The notes beneath the pieces are model-generated. The model was not told the DNA's origin. It made no database searches and saw only the letters and a list, made by a program, of their open reading frames with translations. A stretch of 63,891 nt of DNA, filler included, from Candidatus Zhuqueibacterota bacterium (GTDB lineage Bacteria > BS750m-G25): assembly GCA_016783505.1 (NCBI GenBank). It is 5 parts of 5 records of this genome, joined end to end, with 100 filler letters (N's around TTAATTAATTAA, not from the genome) between each part and the next. Parts side by side here need not be neighbours in the genome. Positions count along the whole stretch, not along the records: positions 18,045 to 26,387 come from JADHWK010000078.1; positions 26,488 to 57,649 come from JADHWK010000024.1; 3 more parts are not named here. One strand, given 5' to 3'. This document shows, in pieces, positions 19,019 to 28,943 of the stretch. Each line of letters starts with the position of its first letter. Position 1 is the first letter of the stretch. The translations under genes and the position numbers were made by a program.

Positions 19019-19367
19019 ATCCCGAAGTTTCGGGACCAAGCAACAAATTCCCCTGGCCGGGCAGGCAAACAATATTAAATGACCAATCCCGAAGCTTCGG
19101 GACAAATCCAAAACAGTTCGTTTTAGAAGAAAATAATTTCGATTCGCTGAGCGATGCAGAGATTCTGTTGAGAAATTACACAAAACTATTGCAAATATTG
19201 AGTTATGGAAAACAGCTGATGTGATCATCAGAGAATTAGTTAGGAAGATAGGTTTTGTTCCTTCACCCATCCAACTGAATCTGTTGACAAGGGTGAATAG
19301 GTTTGGAATTTTGATATTGGTCCCGAAGTTTCGGGATGTTTGGAATTTGTTCCCGAGTCTTCGGGAT
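19019..19367. repeat. Cluster of four CCCGA-N4-TCGGG palindromes in heptamer-repeat DNA
   Basis: Copies at 19021, 19088, 19322, 19352; others at 14482, 16775, 52118, 61501, 63600. Confidence 0.8.
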
Positions 19368-19460
19368 GGGATTTTTAATAACATGGAAGGGCATTTTTAT
19401 ATTGATTTTTCTGTCTGCCCACTATAATCCGTGAAGAACAAAAATGATAAAGTCCCTAAT

Positions 19461-21182
19461 ATGATCAATAAAATAAAAATTCTCCCGGAACACATCGTCA
19501 ACAAGATCGCCGCCGGCGAGGTGGTGGAAAGACCGGCCTCAGTGATCAAAGAGTTGGTGGAAAACGCCCTGGATGCGGGGGCCAAGAGGATAGAAATTAT
19601 CATCGGGGAGGGAGGGAAAGATAACATCCAGGTGGTGGACGACGGCGCGGGGATGACAGAAACAGATCTTTTACTCGCCTTTGAAAGACACGCTACCTCA
19701 AAGATCACCTCCATGGAAGATCTACAAAGGATTGATTCTTTAGGTTTTAGGGGGGAGGCATTGGCCTCCATCGCCGCCGTGTCCCGGATTGAAGTAACCT
19801 CTGCGGCTGGTTCCGGCGGTGAGGGCACCCGGGTGAAGATCGAGGGGGGGATCGTCAGGTCGGTGGGAAAGACCGGCCGAACCCAGGGGACTACGGTTGT
19901 GGTGAAAAACCTGTTCTACAACGTTCCCGCCCGGCGAAAATTCTTAAGGTCCACCACCAGCGAGTTCCGGCATATCTACCGTATGGTGAAAAAATTTGCA
20001 TTAGCCTTTCCCCGGGTTTCCTTCCGCCTCATTCATAACGATGGGGAAACCATGAGGCTGGAAAAGGGGGACCTTAAGACCCGGATGAGGGATCTTTTCG
20101 GTCCCCGGGAATGGGATAGGCTGATCGGCTTTGAGGAGCGCTCGGGCGCGGTTGGACTTCGAGGGTATCTGGGAAAATTAGATCTGCTGCGAAAGTCCCG
20201 GGGAGAACAATATCTCTTCTTGAACAACCGGCCAATTATTGACCGAAGGTTGAACCACGCCGTGTTTTCCGCCTACGGCCGCGCCTTGGACCCAGGTTGC
20301 TTTCCCTTCTTCGTCCTGTTTCTCAAAATCCCCCCGGATCAGGTGGATGTGAACATCCATCCCACCAAGCGGGAGGTCAAATTCCGGGATGAGTATGGGA
20401 TTTATCAACTGGTGCGCTCTGCCGCCAAAAAGGCCCTGGCCTCCGATGAATCCTTGTTTTCGTCCTTGGAAGCCAAGGTAGAACAACCACGCCCAATCCC
20501 CGGGATGGGGCCCCAACCTGTTACCCCCATTATGGCTTTTCCGGGGGTGCCGGAGGGGGAAGAGGTTAATAAAGGAACTGGAGGACCGTCGGGGGAAGAA
20601 AAAAGGGGAGAAGTAGGGACGGTTTCCATCTGGCAGTTGCACCAGAGGTATATTGTCTCCCAGATCAAGAGCGGACTGGCCATCATTGACCAGCACGCCG
20701 CCCACGAACGCATCTTATTCGAACGGGCCATGCGCAGTTTTCATCGGGAGAGGCTTCCCTCACAGCAGTTGCTGTTTCCCCAGCAGGTGGAACTGTCCGC
20801 CGAAGATCTCTTGGTGTTAAAGGAGATCGGGGATTATCTGGAGAAAGTGGGTTTTGTGATCCGGGAGTTCGGCCCCCGGACGGTGGCCATTGAGGCGGTG
20901 CCGGCCATCCTGAAGGCGGTGGATGGGGCCCGGGTCCTCAAGGATGTCCTGGACGAATATCGGGAGAACAAACTGGAGCATATGGAGAAGCTGGAGAACA
21001 TCGCCCATTCCTTCGCCTGCCATGCTGCCATCCGGGCCGGGGATAAACTGAACCCGGAGGAGATGCAGGCTTTGGTGGACCAGCTTTTTGCCTGCCAGTT
21101 TCCCTTCACCTGCCCCCACGGCCGCCCCACGGTCATAAATCTGTCCTTAAACGAATTGGATAAACGGTTTAAGAGGACTTGA
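19461..21182 (+). CDS. mutL: DNA mismatch repair protein MutL
   Basis: KIAAGEVVERPASVIKELVEN, LGFRGEAL, DQHAAHERILFE, ACH, CPHGRP. Confidence 0.97.
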   Translation: MINKIKILPEHIVNKIAAGEVVERPASVIKELVENALDAGAKRIEIIIGEGGKDNIQVVDDGAGMTETDLLLAFERHATSKITSMEDLQRIDSLGFRGEALASIAAVSRIEVTSAAGSGGEGTRVKIEGGIVRSVGKTGRTQGTTVVVKNLFYNVPARRKFLRSTTSEFRHIYRMVKKFALAFPRVSFRLIHNDGETMRLEKGDLKTRMRDLFGPREWDRLIGFEERSGAVGLRGYLGKLDLLRKSRGEQYLFLNNRPIIDRRLNHAVFSAYGRALDPGCFPFFVLFLKIPPDQVDVNIHPTKREVKFRDEYGIYQLVRSAAKKALASDESLFSSLEAKVEQPRPIPGMGPQPVTPIMAFPGVPEGEEVNKGTGGPSGEEKRGEVGTVSIWQLHQRYIVSQIKSGLAIIDQHAAHERILFERAMRSFHRERLPSQQLLFPQQVELSAEDLLVLKEIGDYLEKVGFVIREFGPRTVAIEAVPAILKAVDGARVLKDVLDEYRENKLEHMEKLENIAHSFACHAAIRAGDKLNPEEMQALVDQLFACQFPFTCPHGRPTVINLSLNELDKRFKRT

Positions 21183-21429
21183 GTCCCAAACTTGATAGTT
21201 GGAAGAATGGAAGGATGGAAGAATTGATGGGTGGATGAATGGATAATTGGATAGATGGATTGATAACTAACCCGACTTGGGCCCAACAGGGGCTCGGGGC
21301 GGCAGTATCTTCCTTTTCTTAAATTTATCTGACTGGTTGGAGTATTTTGTTGAAAGGGTAAATGTAAGTATCGAGGCCGTTAAAGTAGAGAGTAATAAAA
21401 CTTAGCAGCGAAAGATTGAGAAAGGTAAA

Positions 21430-21630
21430 AATGAGGACAGATTGCTTTATTTGAGAGACAAATGCAGATAGTGGAACATATCAATTTGAACGGTAAAATC
21501 ACCAATAAAGATATAAGAAATATGTTCAAAATATCTCCACAAACATCACATTAAGAATTTAAAAGTTGATGAAACTCGAAGTTGTTAAACCTATCGGTAA
21601 AGGTAGAGGGCTTTATTATGACCTATCATA
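21430..21630 (+). pseudogene. Remnant C-terminal HTH (Fic/RecG-like transcriptional regulator tail)
   Basis: ERQMQIVEHINLNGKITNKDIRNMFKIS, stop and frameshift, then GKGRGLYY; followed by GGTTGATGATTT x3; 3' end duplicated at ~21753-21801. Confidence 0.5.
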
Positions 21631-21864
21631 AGGTTGATGATTTGGTTGATGATTTGGTTGATGATTCAATAAAAATGATAATTTTATTTTCGCACAAATA
21701 TTAACACGTGGGTTCGGAATTAGGTTCGGGGTCAGGATCGGGATTAAACTTGTTGGTAAAAATAGATGGCTTTATTATGACCTTGTATAATGTTGATGAT
21801 TTCATATATTCTAATATTCCCTTTCCGCCCGATCTGGACTTTATTATTTCTAGCAAATTAATAA

Positions 21865-22800
21865 ATGGAAAAAAGACCGAAGGTTCTGGTTATCGTAGGA
21901 CCGACCGGGGTGGGTAAGACCGAAGTCTCCATTCGGGTGGCCGAAAGGGTGGGGGGAGAGATCGTCTCCGCCGATTCCCGTCAGCTCTACCGATTAATGA
22001 ACATCGGCACCGCCAAGCCTTCCCCGGACGAGCTCAAGAGAGTTCCCCATCATTTCATTGACTTTTTAAATCCCGGTGAGCCCTTCAGTGCCGGGGAGTT
22101 CGGCCGGCTGGGACGGGAAAAAATTGCAGACATTCTGGGACGGGGAAAAACCCCGGTGGTGGTCGGGGGATCCGGGCTCTATATCCGGGCGCTGATTGAC
22201 GGCCTGGGGGAAAATCTGCCCTCTGACCGGCAAATCCGGCGCCGGATAGACCGGCGGATTGACAGGGAAGGTTTGAGGAAGGTGTATGATTCCCTGGTTA
22301 AGGTAGATCCCGAATACGCCACCCTCATCAGTCCCCACGACCGTAAGCGCATTCAACGGGCCTTAGAGGTCTACGAGATTACCGGGAAACCCTTCAGCCA
22401 ACATCACCACGAACCTTCCCCCGCGGTTTTCTTTCAACCCCTGTTTTTTGGCCTCACCATGGACCGGGAGGGATTATACCTTCGCATTAACCAGCGGGTG
22501 GAACAGATGATTGAAGGGGGGCTGGTTGACGAGGTTAAAAGGTTAATCCGGCTCGGGTATGGGCCCGGGCTCAACGCCCTGCAAACGGTAGGCTATCAGG
22601 AAGTTTTTGATTATCTGGAAGAAAAACTTACCTTCTTTTCCATGCTGGACGAGATCAAAAAGAATTCCAGGCGCTACGCCAAGCGTCAGCTTACCTGGTT
22701 TAGGGCCGACCCCAGAATCCAGTGGCTGGCCGTGGATAGAATGAATTCGGTTGAGATTATCGTTGACGTCATCGTAGAGAAATTTAACCGAATACAATGA
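21865..22800 (+). CDS. miaA: tRNA dimethylallyltransferase
   Basis: GPTGVGKT, SADSRQLY, IGTAKP, VGGSGLY, YAKRQLTWF; follows mutL. Confidence 0.97.
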   Translation: MEKRPKVLVIVGPTGVGKTEVSIRVAERVGGEIVSADSRQLYRLMNIGTAKPSPDELKRVPHHFIDFLNPGEPFSAGEFGRLGREKIADILGRGKTPVVVGGSGLYIRALIDGLGENLPSDRQIRRRIDRRIDREGLRKVYDSLVKVDPEYATLISPHDRKRIQRALEVYEITGKPFSQHHHEPSPAVFFQPLFFGLTMDREGLYLRINQRVEQMIEGGLVDEVKRLIRLGYGPGLNALQTVGYQEVFDYLEEKLTFFSMLDEIKKNSRRYAKRQLTWFRADPRIQWLAVDRMNSVEIIVDVIVEKFNRIQ

Positions 22801-22820
22801 TAAGAATTTGAAAAAATTCC

Positions 22821-22849
22821 TTGACTTTAAAAAATAAAATTAATATATT
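22821..22849 (+). promoter_or_regulatory. Sigma70-type promoter
   Basis: TTGACT-17 bp-TATATT upstream of 22925; strong RBS AAGGAGG. Confidence 0.6.
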
Positions 22850-22924
22850 AACCTAACAACCTGAAACTGGGTCTGGATATGGTAAATATTAGTCAAGATA
22901 CACTAAATTAAGGAGGAGGAGGAA

Positions 22925-24133
22925 ATGGTCTCGTTACACTTTAATTTCAAGGACATCTTTCGGTCGGCCAGACTGGCATTCAGCCTGCAGCGGGTCTGGA
23001 TCCAGTTCGTGGGGCTGCTGGTGGGCTATGTCATCTACTGGGTGTTGACCTACGTCAGTTACTTAGTCACCGGGCTGGAATTCTTGACCATGTGGGATCG
23101 GTACGGACTGCTGCCCTGTCTGTTCGGGATCGAGGCCCCCTGGTATAGCTGGATTATCTACATCGTGGGATTGGTCCTATTGGTGGTCGCCTATCTGTTT
23201 TCCAGTGCGGCGGTGGCTCGGGCGACCTATCTGGAGCTGAAGGGGGAAACATTTTTTACCTGGAAAGAAGCCTATCAGGTGGCCTTCAAGAACTGGAAGG
23301 CGATCATCTTTTCGCCGGTGACCATCTTAGGGATCATCCTGTTTTTGTTCGTCAGCGGCGTCATCGTGGGCCTTTTGGGCCAGATCCCCTATGTGGGAGA
23401 GCTGGGCATCGGGTTTTTCTCCTTCTTCTGGATGATCGCTTGCTTTTTCATCTTTTTCCTGCTGTTGATCCTGGGCGTTTCCCTGCTCTTGGTGCCCGCT
23501 ATCGTGGCCACCACCAAGGAGGACGTGTTTGAAGCCGTTTCCGAATCCTTTTCCACGGCCACCGCCCAGCCCTGGCGGCTGGTGCTCTACGAGGTTCTCC
23601 AGGGGTTGGTCACCGGGGTCGGGTTTCTCATCCTGGCATTTGCGGTGAAAAAAGGTTTTTTCATCCTGCGCTGGATCTTGGACCTCGCCATGGGGGATAA
23701 GTTTTATGAGTTAATCAACAATAGCCTCTACTTTTTCCAGAAGGCGTTTGTTGGGGTAGAGCGCGTCTGCAGTACTGCCTGCGTGGAGAAATATGGCCCA
23801 TACGTCACCTGGGTAAAGGATTATTACGGCTATGATCTCCCCGTAGTCATGAACATTTCTGCCTATCTTTTCACCATTTGGCTGGTGATTATAGCCGGAC
23901 TGGTGGTCTCCTATGGTGTCTCCACCTTAAGCGCCGGGCAGGCATTAATCTACATTGTCCTCAAGAAAAAGAAGGATGACGAAAACCTGCTGGAGCGCAA
24001 AGAGGAGGAGGAAGAAGAGGAAGAGGAGAAGATAGAGGAAGAAGAAGAGAAGGAAGAAAAAGCCGAGAAGGAGAAGGAAGAGGGTGAGGAGGAATCCAAA
24101 CCTGAGGAAGGGGAGGAGAAGAAAGAAGAATAA
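22925..24133 (+). CDS. Polytopic membrane protein with Glu-rich C-terminal tail
   Basis: Several hydrophobic helices; EEEEEEEEEK tail. Confidence 0.8.
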   Translation: MVSLHFNFKDIFRSARLAFSLQRVWIQFVGLLVGYVIYWVLTYVSYLVTGLEFLTMWDRYGLLPCLFGIEAPWYSWIIYIVGLVLLVVAYLFSSAAVARATYLELKGETFFTWKEAYQVAFKNWKAIIFSPVTILGIILFLFVSGVIVGLLGQIPYVGELGIGFFSFFWMIACFFIFFLLLILGVSLLLVPAIVATTKEDVFEAVSESFSTATAQPWRLVLYEVLQGLVTGVGFLILAFAVKKGFFILRWILDLAMGDKFYELINNSLYFFQKAFVGVERVCSTACVEKYGPYVTWVKDYYGYDLPVVMNISAYLFTIWLVIIAGLVVSYGVSTLSAGQALIYIVLKKKKDDENLLERKEEEEEEEEEKIEEEEEKEEKAEKEKEEGEEESKPEEGEEKKEE

Positions 24134-24163
24134 TATCTAATTACAACATAGAAAAAATATGGG

Positions 24164-24195
24164 AAAGCCCCATTGGAAACGGTGGGGCTTTTTTT
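24164..24195 (+). terminator. Rho-independent terminator
   Basis: AAAGCCCCA...TGGGGCTTT plus T-tract. Confidence 0.75.
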
Positions 24196-24269
24196 AATGC
24201 CCGTGATTATGGAGGAGCTTTTGGGGTTGTATCAGAACTATCGTATCGGTCAGGTCAGTCAGGCGCCCG

Positions 24270-24437
24270 GGCCTGTGGCACAACTCTGAAATCGCTGTTT
24301 CCCCCTTTGCGTGATAATAAATTATCACGCCATCTCAAAGAAAGTCCATTAAAATGGACTAATAACAGTATGTTTCAACATACTTTCTTAGAGTTAGCAT
24401 AGGAATTTATTCCTATGCGATAGTTCTGCAACAGGCC
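24270..24437. mobile_element. 168-bp MITE with 16-bp TIRs and 6-bp target-site duplication
   Basis: GGCCTGTGGCACAACT...AGTTCTGCAACAGGCC; CGCCCG at 24264-24269 and 24438-24443. Confidence 0.8.
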
Positions 24438-24516
24438 CGCCCGACTGATTAGAATAGATTCCTATATTGTCTTTAAAGCGGACCACTGTAGAAAAACACA
24501 TTTTAAGTACCCAAAA

Positions 24517-25902
24517 TTACAATTCACATCTCTTCATCATTTTATGAAAATTCGTACGGTTTATGCCAGCATGTACAGCCGCTCTGGAAACATTCCCATT
24601 AAACCTTTTCAGTAAATTTGTGAGGAAAAGTTTCTCAATTGCTCTACTGGCTTTGTCCGCAGCCTCTTTTCGCAGCATATCCATCTCGCTCAAGGTTTCA
24701 GGAATTTTATTAATACTGATAGGTGTACCTTCTGCAATTTCAATTAATTTTGGCTCTAAATGTGTGGGTTGAACCACTTCTTCTTTGCTAAGAATCACAG
24801 CTCTAGTTATGTAATTACGTAATTCTCGAACATTTCCTGGCCAATCATAATTCATAAAGATTTCAATTGCCTCAGGAGAAAACTTTTTAACTGGGATCTT
24901 AATTTCTGTACATACTATCTGCAAAAAATGGTCAATTAGTAAGGGAATATCTTCTTTTCTTTCACGCAGGGGAGGAACTCTAATAGGCAAAACGTCGAGT
25001 CTATAAAATAAATCCTCACGAAATAGCCCTTTTCTCATCCGATCTTCTAAATCTCTATTAGTAGCAGCAATTATTTTAGCATCTGTTTTTATGGTCGTAT
25101 TTCCACCCACACGTTCAAACTCTTTTTCTTGTAGTACTCTTAGCAACTTTACTTGTGCGTTTAGATCAAGTTCGGAAATCTCGTCGAAGAAAATGATACC
25201 TTCAGATGCAATTTCAAACTTACCGATTTTTCTTTTGTTCGCACCGGTAAAAGCTCCCTTTTCATGACCGAAAAGTTCGCTTTCTAAAAGTTCTTTTGGA
25301 ATTGCAGCGCAGTTTACAGGAACGAACGATTTATTTTTTCTATCGCTTTTGAGGTGAATTTGTCTGGCTACCAATTCTTTACCAACGCCGCTTTCACCCG
25401 TAATTATCACTGTATTAAGACTCTGCGCACAAAGCGCTATTTTCTCACAAAGATTTCTAATTGCCGGTCCATCACCAACAATCGTGTGAAATGATTCCCT
25501 GATCTCTTGCTGAAGTGACTGTGTCTGGAATTTAATTGACCGCTGTTTGAGTGATTTTTCTATAATGACTTTCAATTCCTCAATATTTGGCGTTTTGGGA
25601 ATGTAGTCAAATGCACCGAATCGCATCGCTTCAACAGCTGTATCGATAGAGCCATAATCGGTAATTATAATAACCGGTAGATTATCGTCTTCTTGGCGGA
25701 TTCTGGAAAGTACATCAAGCCCATTCATATCCTCTCCCAGCATCAGATCGAGTAAAACCACATCGGGATTCTTCTCAATCGCATATCTTATACCTTCCCT
25801 GCCGTTCAATGCAGAAATACAGTTGAAATCTTTTTCTAACAGAAGAGTGAAATCGTTTATAAACTCCTTGTCGTCATCAATAATCAGCAATAAAGGCTTC
25901 AT
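24517..25902 (-). CDS. Sigma54-dependent NtrC/AtoC-family response regulator
   Basis: Receiver DD/D/K, GESGVGKE, GAFTGA, WPGNVREL, Fis HTH. Confidence 0.95.
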   Translation of the reverse strand: MKPLLLIIDDDKEFINDFTLLLEKDFNCISALNGREGIRYAIEKNPDVVLLDLMLGEDMNGLDVLSRIRQEDDNLPVIIITDYGSIDTAVEAMRFGAFDYIPKTPNIEELKVIIEKSLKQRSIKFQTQSLQQEIRESFHTIVGDGPAIRNLCEKIALCAQSLNTVIITGESGVGKELVARQIHLKSDRKNKSFVPVNCAAIPKELLESELFGHEKGAFTGANKRKIGKFEIASEGIIFFDEISELDLNAQVKLLRVLQEKEFERVGGNTTIKTDAKIIAATNRDLEDRMRKGLFREDLFYRLDVLPIRVPPLRERKEDIPLLIDHFLQIVCTEIKIPVKKFSPEAIEIFMNYDWPGNVRELRNYITRAVILSKEEVVQPTHLEPKLIEIAEGTPISINKIPETLSEMDMLRKEAADKASRAIEKLFLTNLLKRFNGNVSRAAVHAGINRTNFHKMMKRCEL

Positions 25903-26387
25903 TTTTTCTCTCCTGCATTTAGGTCAATGGTGAAAGTTGTGCCTATACCCAATTGGCTCTCCTTGATATATAAACGGCCTCCGTATTTCTTTAATATCTC
26001 CCATGCCTGGAAGAGCCCAGTACCTGTGCCGCCGTGTTCGGAATATCCGCTTTCAAAGACTTTTTCCCACCTTTCTTGAGCAATCCCGCAGCCATTATCT
26101 TTGATGTCAATGTGAATTTTAGGAGCAGATCTATAGACCGATATTTCTATCAACCTCTTGCTTTTATTGCTCAGGGCTCGTACCGAATTCCGCAAGCAGT
26201 TATCTAAAATATCCGCCAATTCATGATTTGTGATAAGAACCTGTGCATTTTCAATGTCAATCTTTACCCGGCGAATTTCAATCTTATTCTCACGAAACAG
26301 TTCCTCTAATGCATTCGTTGTATTAGCAATAACGTTGATAGCGTCTGTTGAATATATTCCGTAAATAGTATTTTTTATTTCAGTCAA
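25899..26387 (-). CDS. Sensor histidine kinase, C-terminal HATPase domain (partial)
   Basis: NCLRNS, DNGCGI, GTGTGL, GTTFTI; cut by contig end. Confidence 0.85.
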   Translation of the reverse strand: MTEIKNTIYGIYSTDAINVIANTTNALEELFRENKIEIRRVKIDIENAQVLITNHELADILDNCLRNSVRALSNKSKRLIEISVYRSAPKIHIDIKDNGCGIAQERWEKVFESGYSEHGGTGTGLFQAWEILKKYGGRLYIKESQLGIGTTFTIDLNAGEKK

Positions 26388-26487
26388 NNNNNNNNNNNNN
26401 NNNNNNNNNNNNNNNNNNNNNNNNNNNNNNNTTAATTAATTAANNNNNNNNNNNNNNNNNNNNNNNNNNNNNNNNNNNNNNNNNNNN
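26388..26487. other. Artificial contig linker
   Basis: N-run, TTAATTAATTAA, N-run. Confidence 0.99.
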
Positions 26488-27193
26488 TGAATCGCCGAGC
26501 AAAGGTTTCCTTTTTATCGTATTCCCTGAGGTCCCGGATCTTTTCCAGATAATCTTCCCGGGTGGAAATAACCATGCCCCCTTCCCCGGTGGTCATTAGC
26601 TTGGTGGCGTAAAACGAAAACACCGCTATCTCACCCAGGCTGCCCACAGGCTGGCCGTCTACATTCACGCCAAAGGTTTGGGCACAATCTTCGATGACCG
26701 GCAGGCCCAGTTTTTTAATTCTTTCCATAGCCACTGGAAGGCCGAACATGTGGGGTACGATGATAGCCCGGGACCGGCGAGAAATCCTTCGTTCTAAATC
26801 ACGGATGTCAATATTAAAGCTTTTTCCGTCCACCTCCACCAATCGGGGCACCCCCCCCACCCCCCGAATCGCATGAAGCAGGGCGACGCAGGTAAAGCTG
26901 GGAAGCAGCACCTCATCCCCTTCCCCTACTCCCAGCGCCAGCAAGCTGAGATGAAGGGCAGCGGTTCCCGATGAGGTGGCCACCCCTCCCCGGCACCCCA
27001 CATGATGGGCCAGCTTTTCCTCAAACTCGGCGACAACCTGGCCCTGGGCGATCTGGCCCCCGGCGATCACCTTAGACACAGCCTCAATCTCCTCTGAGCC
27101 CAGGGTGGGTTGGGAATGGGGAATTATCCTTCTCAATTTTCCAACGACAATTTTAAATAAGGACGCATCACACCTCCCTCGAAGCGCATGCAA
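26488..27193 (-). CDS. DegT/DnrJ/EryC1/StrS sugar aminotransferase (3' end cut; true start probably near 27137)
   Basis: SSGTAALHL, EDCAQ, FSFYATKLMTTGEGG. Confidence 0.9.
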
Positions 27194-27207
27194 AAAGGAG
27201 AGAAGGA

Positions 27208-27843
27208 TCAGATATTTATAAAGAGCCTCAGGGACTGAAAGGCCTCGGCGAATTTTACGCGGGCCTGCACCCCCCGAAAATTGGCCGAGGATCTGGCCAC
27301 CTCAACGATAGACAACCCCTCGATGTTGGTCTTCAAAACCTGGGAGTTGTGGGCCTGTAGACTTTTTATCTTATCCTCAAGGCATTCGCTTATGTCCACA
27401 TAGACGTTAGGGCTAAAATTCTGGGTAGTTGGGGTCTCGTAGAAAAGCACGTTTCGGGTGTAACGACTGGCGGTGACGGTAATCTGGGCCAGATTCCGAT
27501 GATCCTGATGGGTGTCATCGGTGAAATTCACGAAGATAAAATCCGGCGACACCCTTTTCAACACCTCCTCGACCCTGGAAATGGTGGGAACATCCACGCT
27601 GATTTCCGTATCCCGATAGCCCCCCCAGTAGAGTTCCTCGGCGCCGAGAATCCCCTTGGAAACAGCTTGTTCTTGACGCCTCACTTCATCTTCCCCCCCG
27701 AGACCACCTGATGTCATCACCAGCAGATAAACCCGATGACCGGCACGGCTGTATTTGATCAGCGTCCCCGCACAACCGATTTCAATATCGTCCGGATGGG
27801 CCCCGATGGCCAGAATGCTCATCTTATCCTGGGGAAGATTCAT
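27208..27843 (-). CDS. PIG-L/LmbE-family deacetylase
   Basis: GAHPDDIEIG, HQDH, AEAF. Confidence 0.9.
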   Translation of the reverse strand: MNLPQDKMSILAIGAHPDDIEIGCAGTLIKYSRAGHRVYLLVMTSGGLGGEDEVRRQEQAVSKGILGAEELYWGGYRDTEISVDVPTISRVEEVLKRVSPDFIFVNFTDDTHQDHRNLAQITVTASRYTRNVLFYETPTTQNFSPNVYVDISECLEDKIKSLQAHNSQVLKTNIEGLSIVEVARSSANFRGVQARVKFAEAFQSLRLFINI

Positions 27844-28523
27844 CGGTTGCCCCCCCGAATGATGGCTAAGCTTTCATCCCCCTGGTTAAACAAGAGATCA
27901 ACCACTGATAGGTTGGCCTCGAAGCCCCCAAACAGTTGTGAATAGACCGGGGGGCAATAATCTTGAAAATAGACCCGAACCCCAGCTTGCTTAAATTTCT
28001 TCAAATCCATATATTCCTTCCCCCCCGCCCCGGCCAGATATTCATCCGCCCCCATCTGCCGACAGAGGTCAATCAGCCTATCATTCGGATCATCCCTCAC
28101 CGTTTTTAGCCCCGATGCGATCCTGATTTTAGTCTTTATCCCCAGGGTTCCCGCCAATTCCTTGATGATGAAAACGTTTAATTTTACCAAACGCTCCCAT
28201 CTTTGGGCAAAGACCCGTTGGAAAAAGGGGAAATATTCATTGAAAGAGCGGGATTTTCCATAGTTGCTCCTTAAAGCCTGGAGATGCTTTTTGGACCAAA
28301 CCCCGGGGCTGATGCCGACCTCATGGATGCGCTGGGGAAACCGGTAGCTAACGGGCACCGTAAGCCACTGCCAGCCCTGGACGGTCTTGATGCGGTTTCG
28401 GTTTATCCAGTCGTTTTTTCGATACTGAACGGTGTCCAGAAGCACAAAAGTGTCGGCCCGGTCTAGCTTATCGAAAAAACCCAACCACGGCAAATAATTA
28501 GGCTGGTGGGCAGCAAACAACAA
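27840..28523 (-). CDS. WbqC-family protein
   Basis: HQPNYLPWLGFFDK, NRNRIKT..G..WLTVPV, LSVVDLLFN.G. Confidence 0.9.
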   Translation of the reverse strand: MLFAAHQPNYLPWLGFFDKLDRADTFVLLDTVQYRKNDWINRNRIKTVQGWQWLTVPVSYRFPQRIHEVGISPGVWSKKHLQALRSNYGKSRSFNEYFPFFQRVFAQRWERLVKLNVFIIKELAGTLGIKTKIRIASGLKTVRDDPNDRLIDLCRQMGADEYLAGAGGKEYMDLKKFKQAGVRVYFQDYCPPVYSQLFGGFEANLSVVDLLFNQGDESLAIIRGGNR

Positions 28524-28559
28524 GGCTAAACCTTGGGTTGAATTTTATAAAAAAAGTTC

Positions 28560-28588
28560 TTGACTTTTTTGTTTTTTTATTTTATATT
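28560..28588 (+). promoter_or_regulatory. Sigma70-type promoter
   Basis: TTGACT-17 bp-TATATT upstream of 28676. Confidence 0.55.
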
Positions 28589-28675
28589 GACAATAGACAA
28601 TTTAAGAAAAAAAAAATTAAAATAAAAGAAAAAAATTCAATTAATCAAATCTTAATTAAAAAAGGAGGGTGAAAG

Positions 28676-28858
28676 ATGAAGACGATCTCCTGGATTGCTA
28701 TTGTGGCAGCCGCGATCAGTTTCATTCTAGGTTTCATTGCCGTTTTCGCCGGGGATATTGTCGTGAGACCTGGGGCCTATTTGAATTTCACCAACACCTG
28801 CCTTCTGGTAGCCGTCGTATTCTTGGTTATGGAGATTGCCGGGGCTAAGAAGGAATAA
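28676..28858 (+). CDS. Small two-TM membrane protein
   Basis: RBS AAGGAGG, two hydrophobic helices, own promoter and terminator. Confidence 0.75.
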   Translation: MKTISWIAIVAAAISFILGFIAVFAGDIVVRPGAYLNFTNTCLLVAVVFLVMEIAGAKKE

Positions 28859-28900
28859 AGTCCACTTGGTTTTATTTCTAGCTTCGGCCATTTTACCTTT

Positions 28901-28929
28901 AAAAACCCAGATTTATTCTGGGTTTTTTT
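28901..28929. terminator. Bidirectional terminator
   Basis: AAAAACCCAGA-TTTAT-TCTGGGTTTTT between convergent genes. Confidence 0.7.
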
Positions 28930-28943
28930 ATTTCACTGTGGAA

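Noticed and set aside
19019-19367. CRISPR array
   Set aside because: Repeats are only 14-18 bp, irregularly spaced and dispersed genome-wide; no cas genes
18647-19427. ORFs 18647..19384, 18985..19224 and 19221..19427
   Set aside because: They run through palindrome and heptamer repeats or antisense to pspC, with no protein motifs
24000-24130. GAG/GAA-rich low-complexity tract as a repeat element
   Set aside because: It simply encodes the acidic tail of the membrane protein
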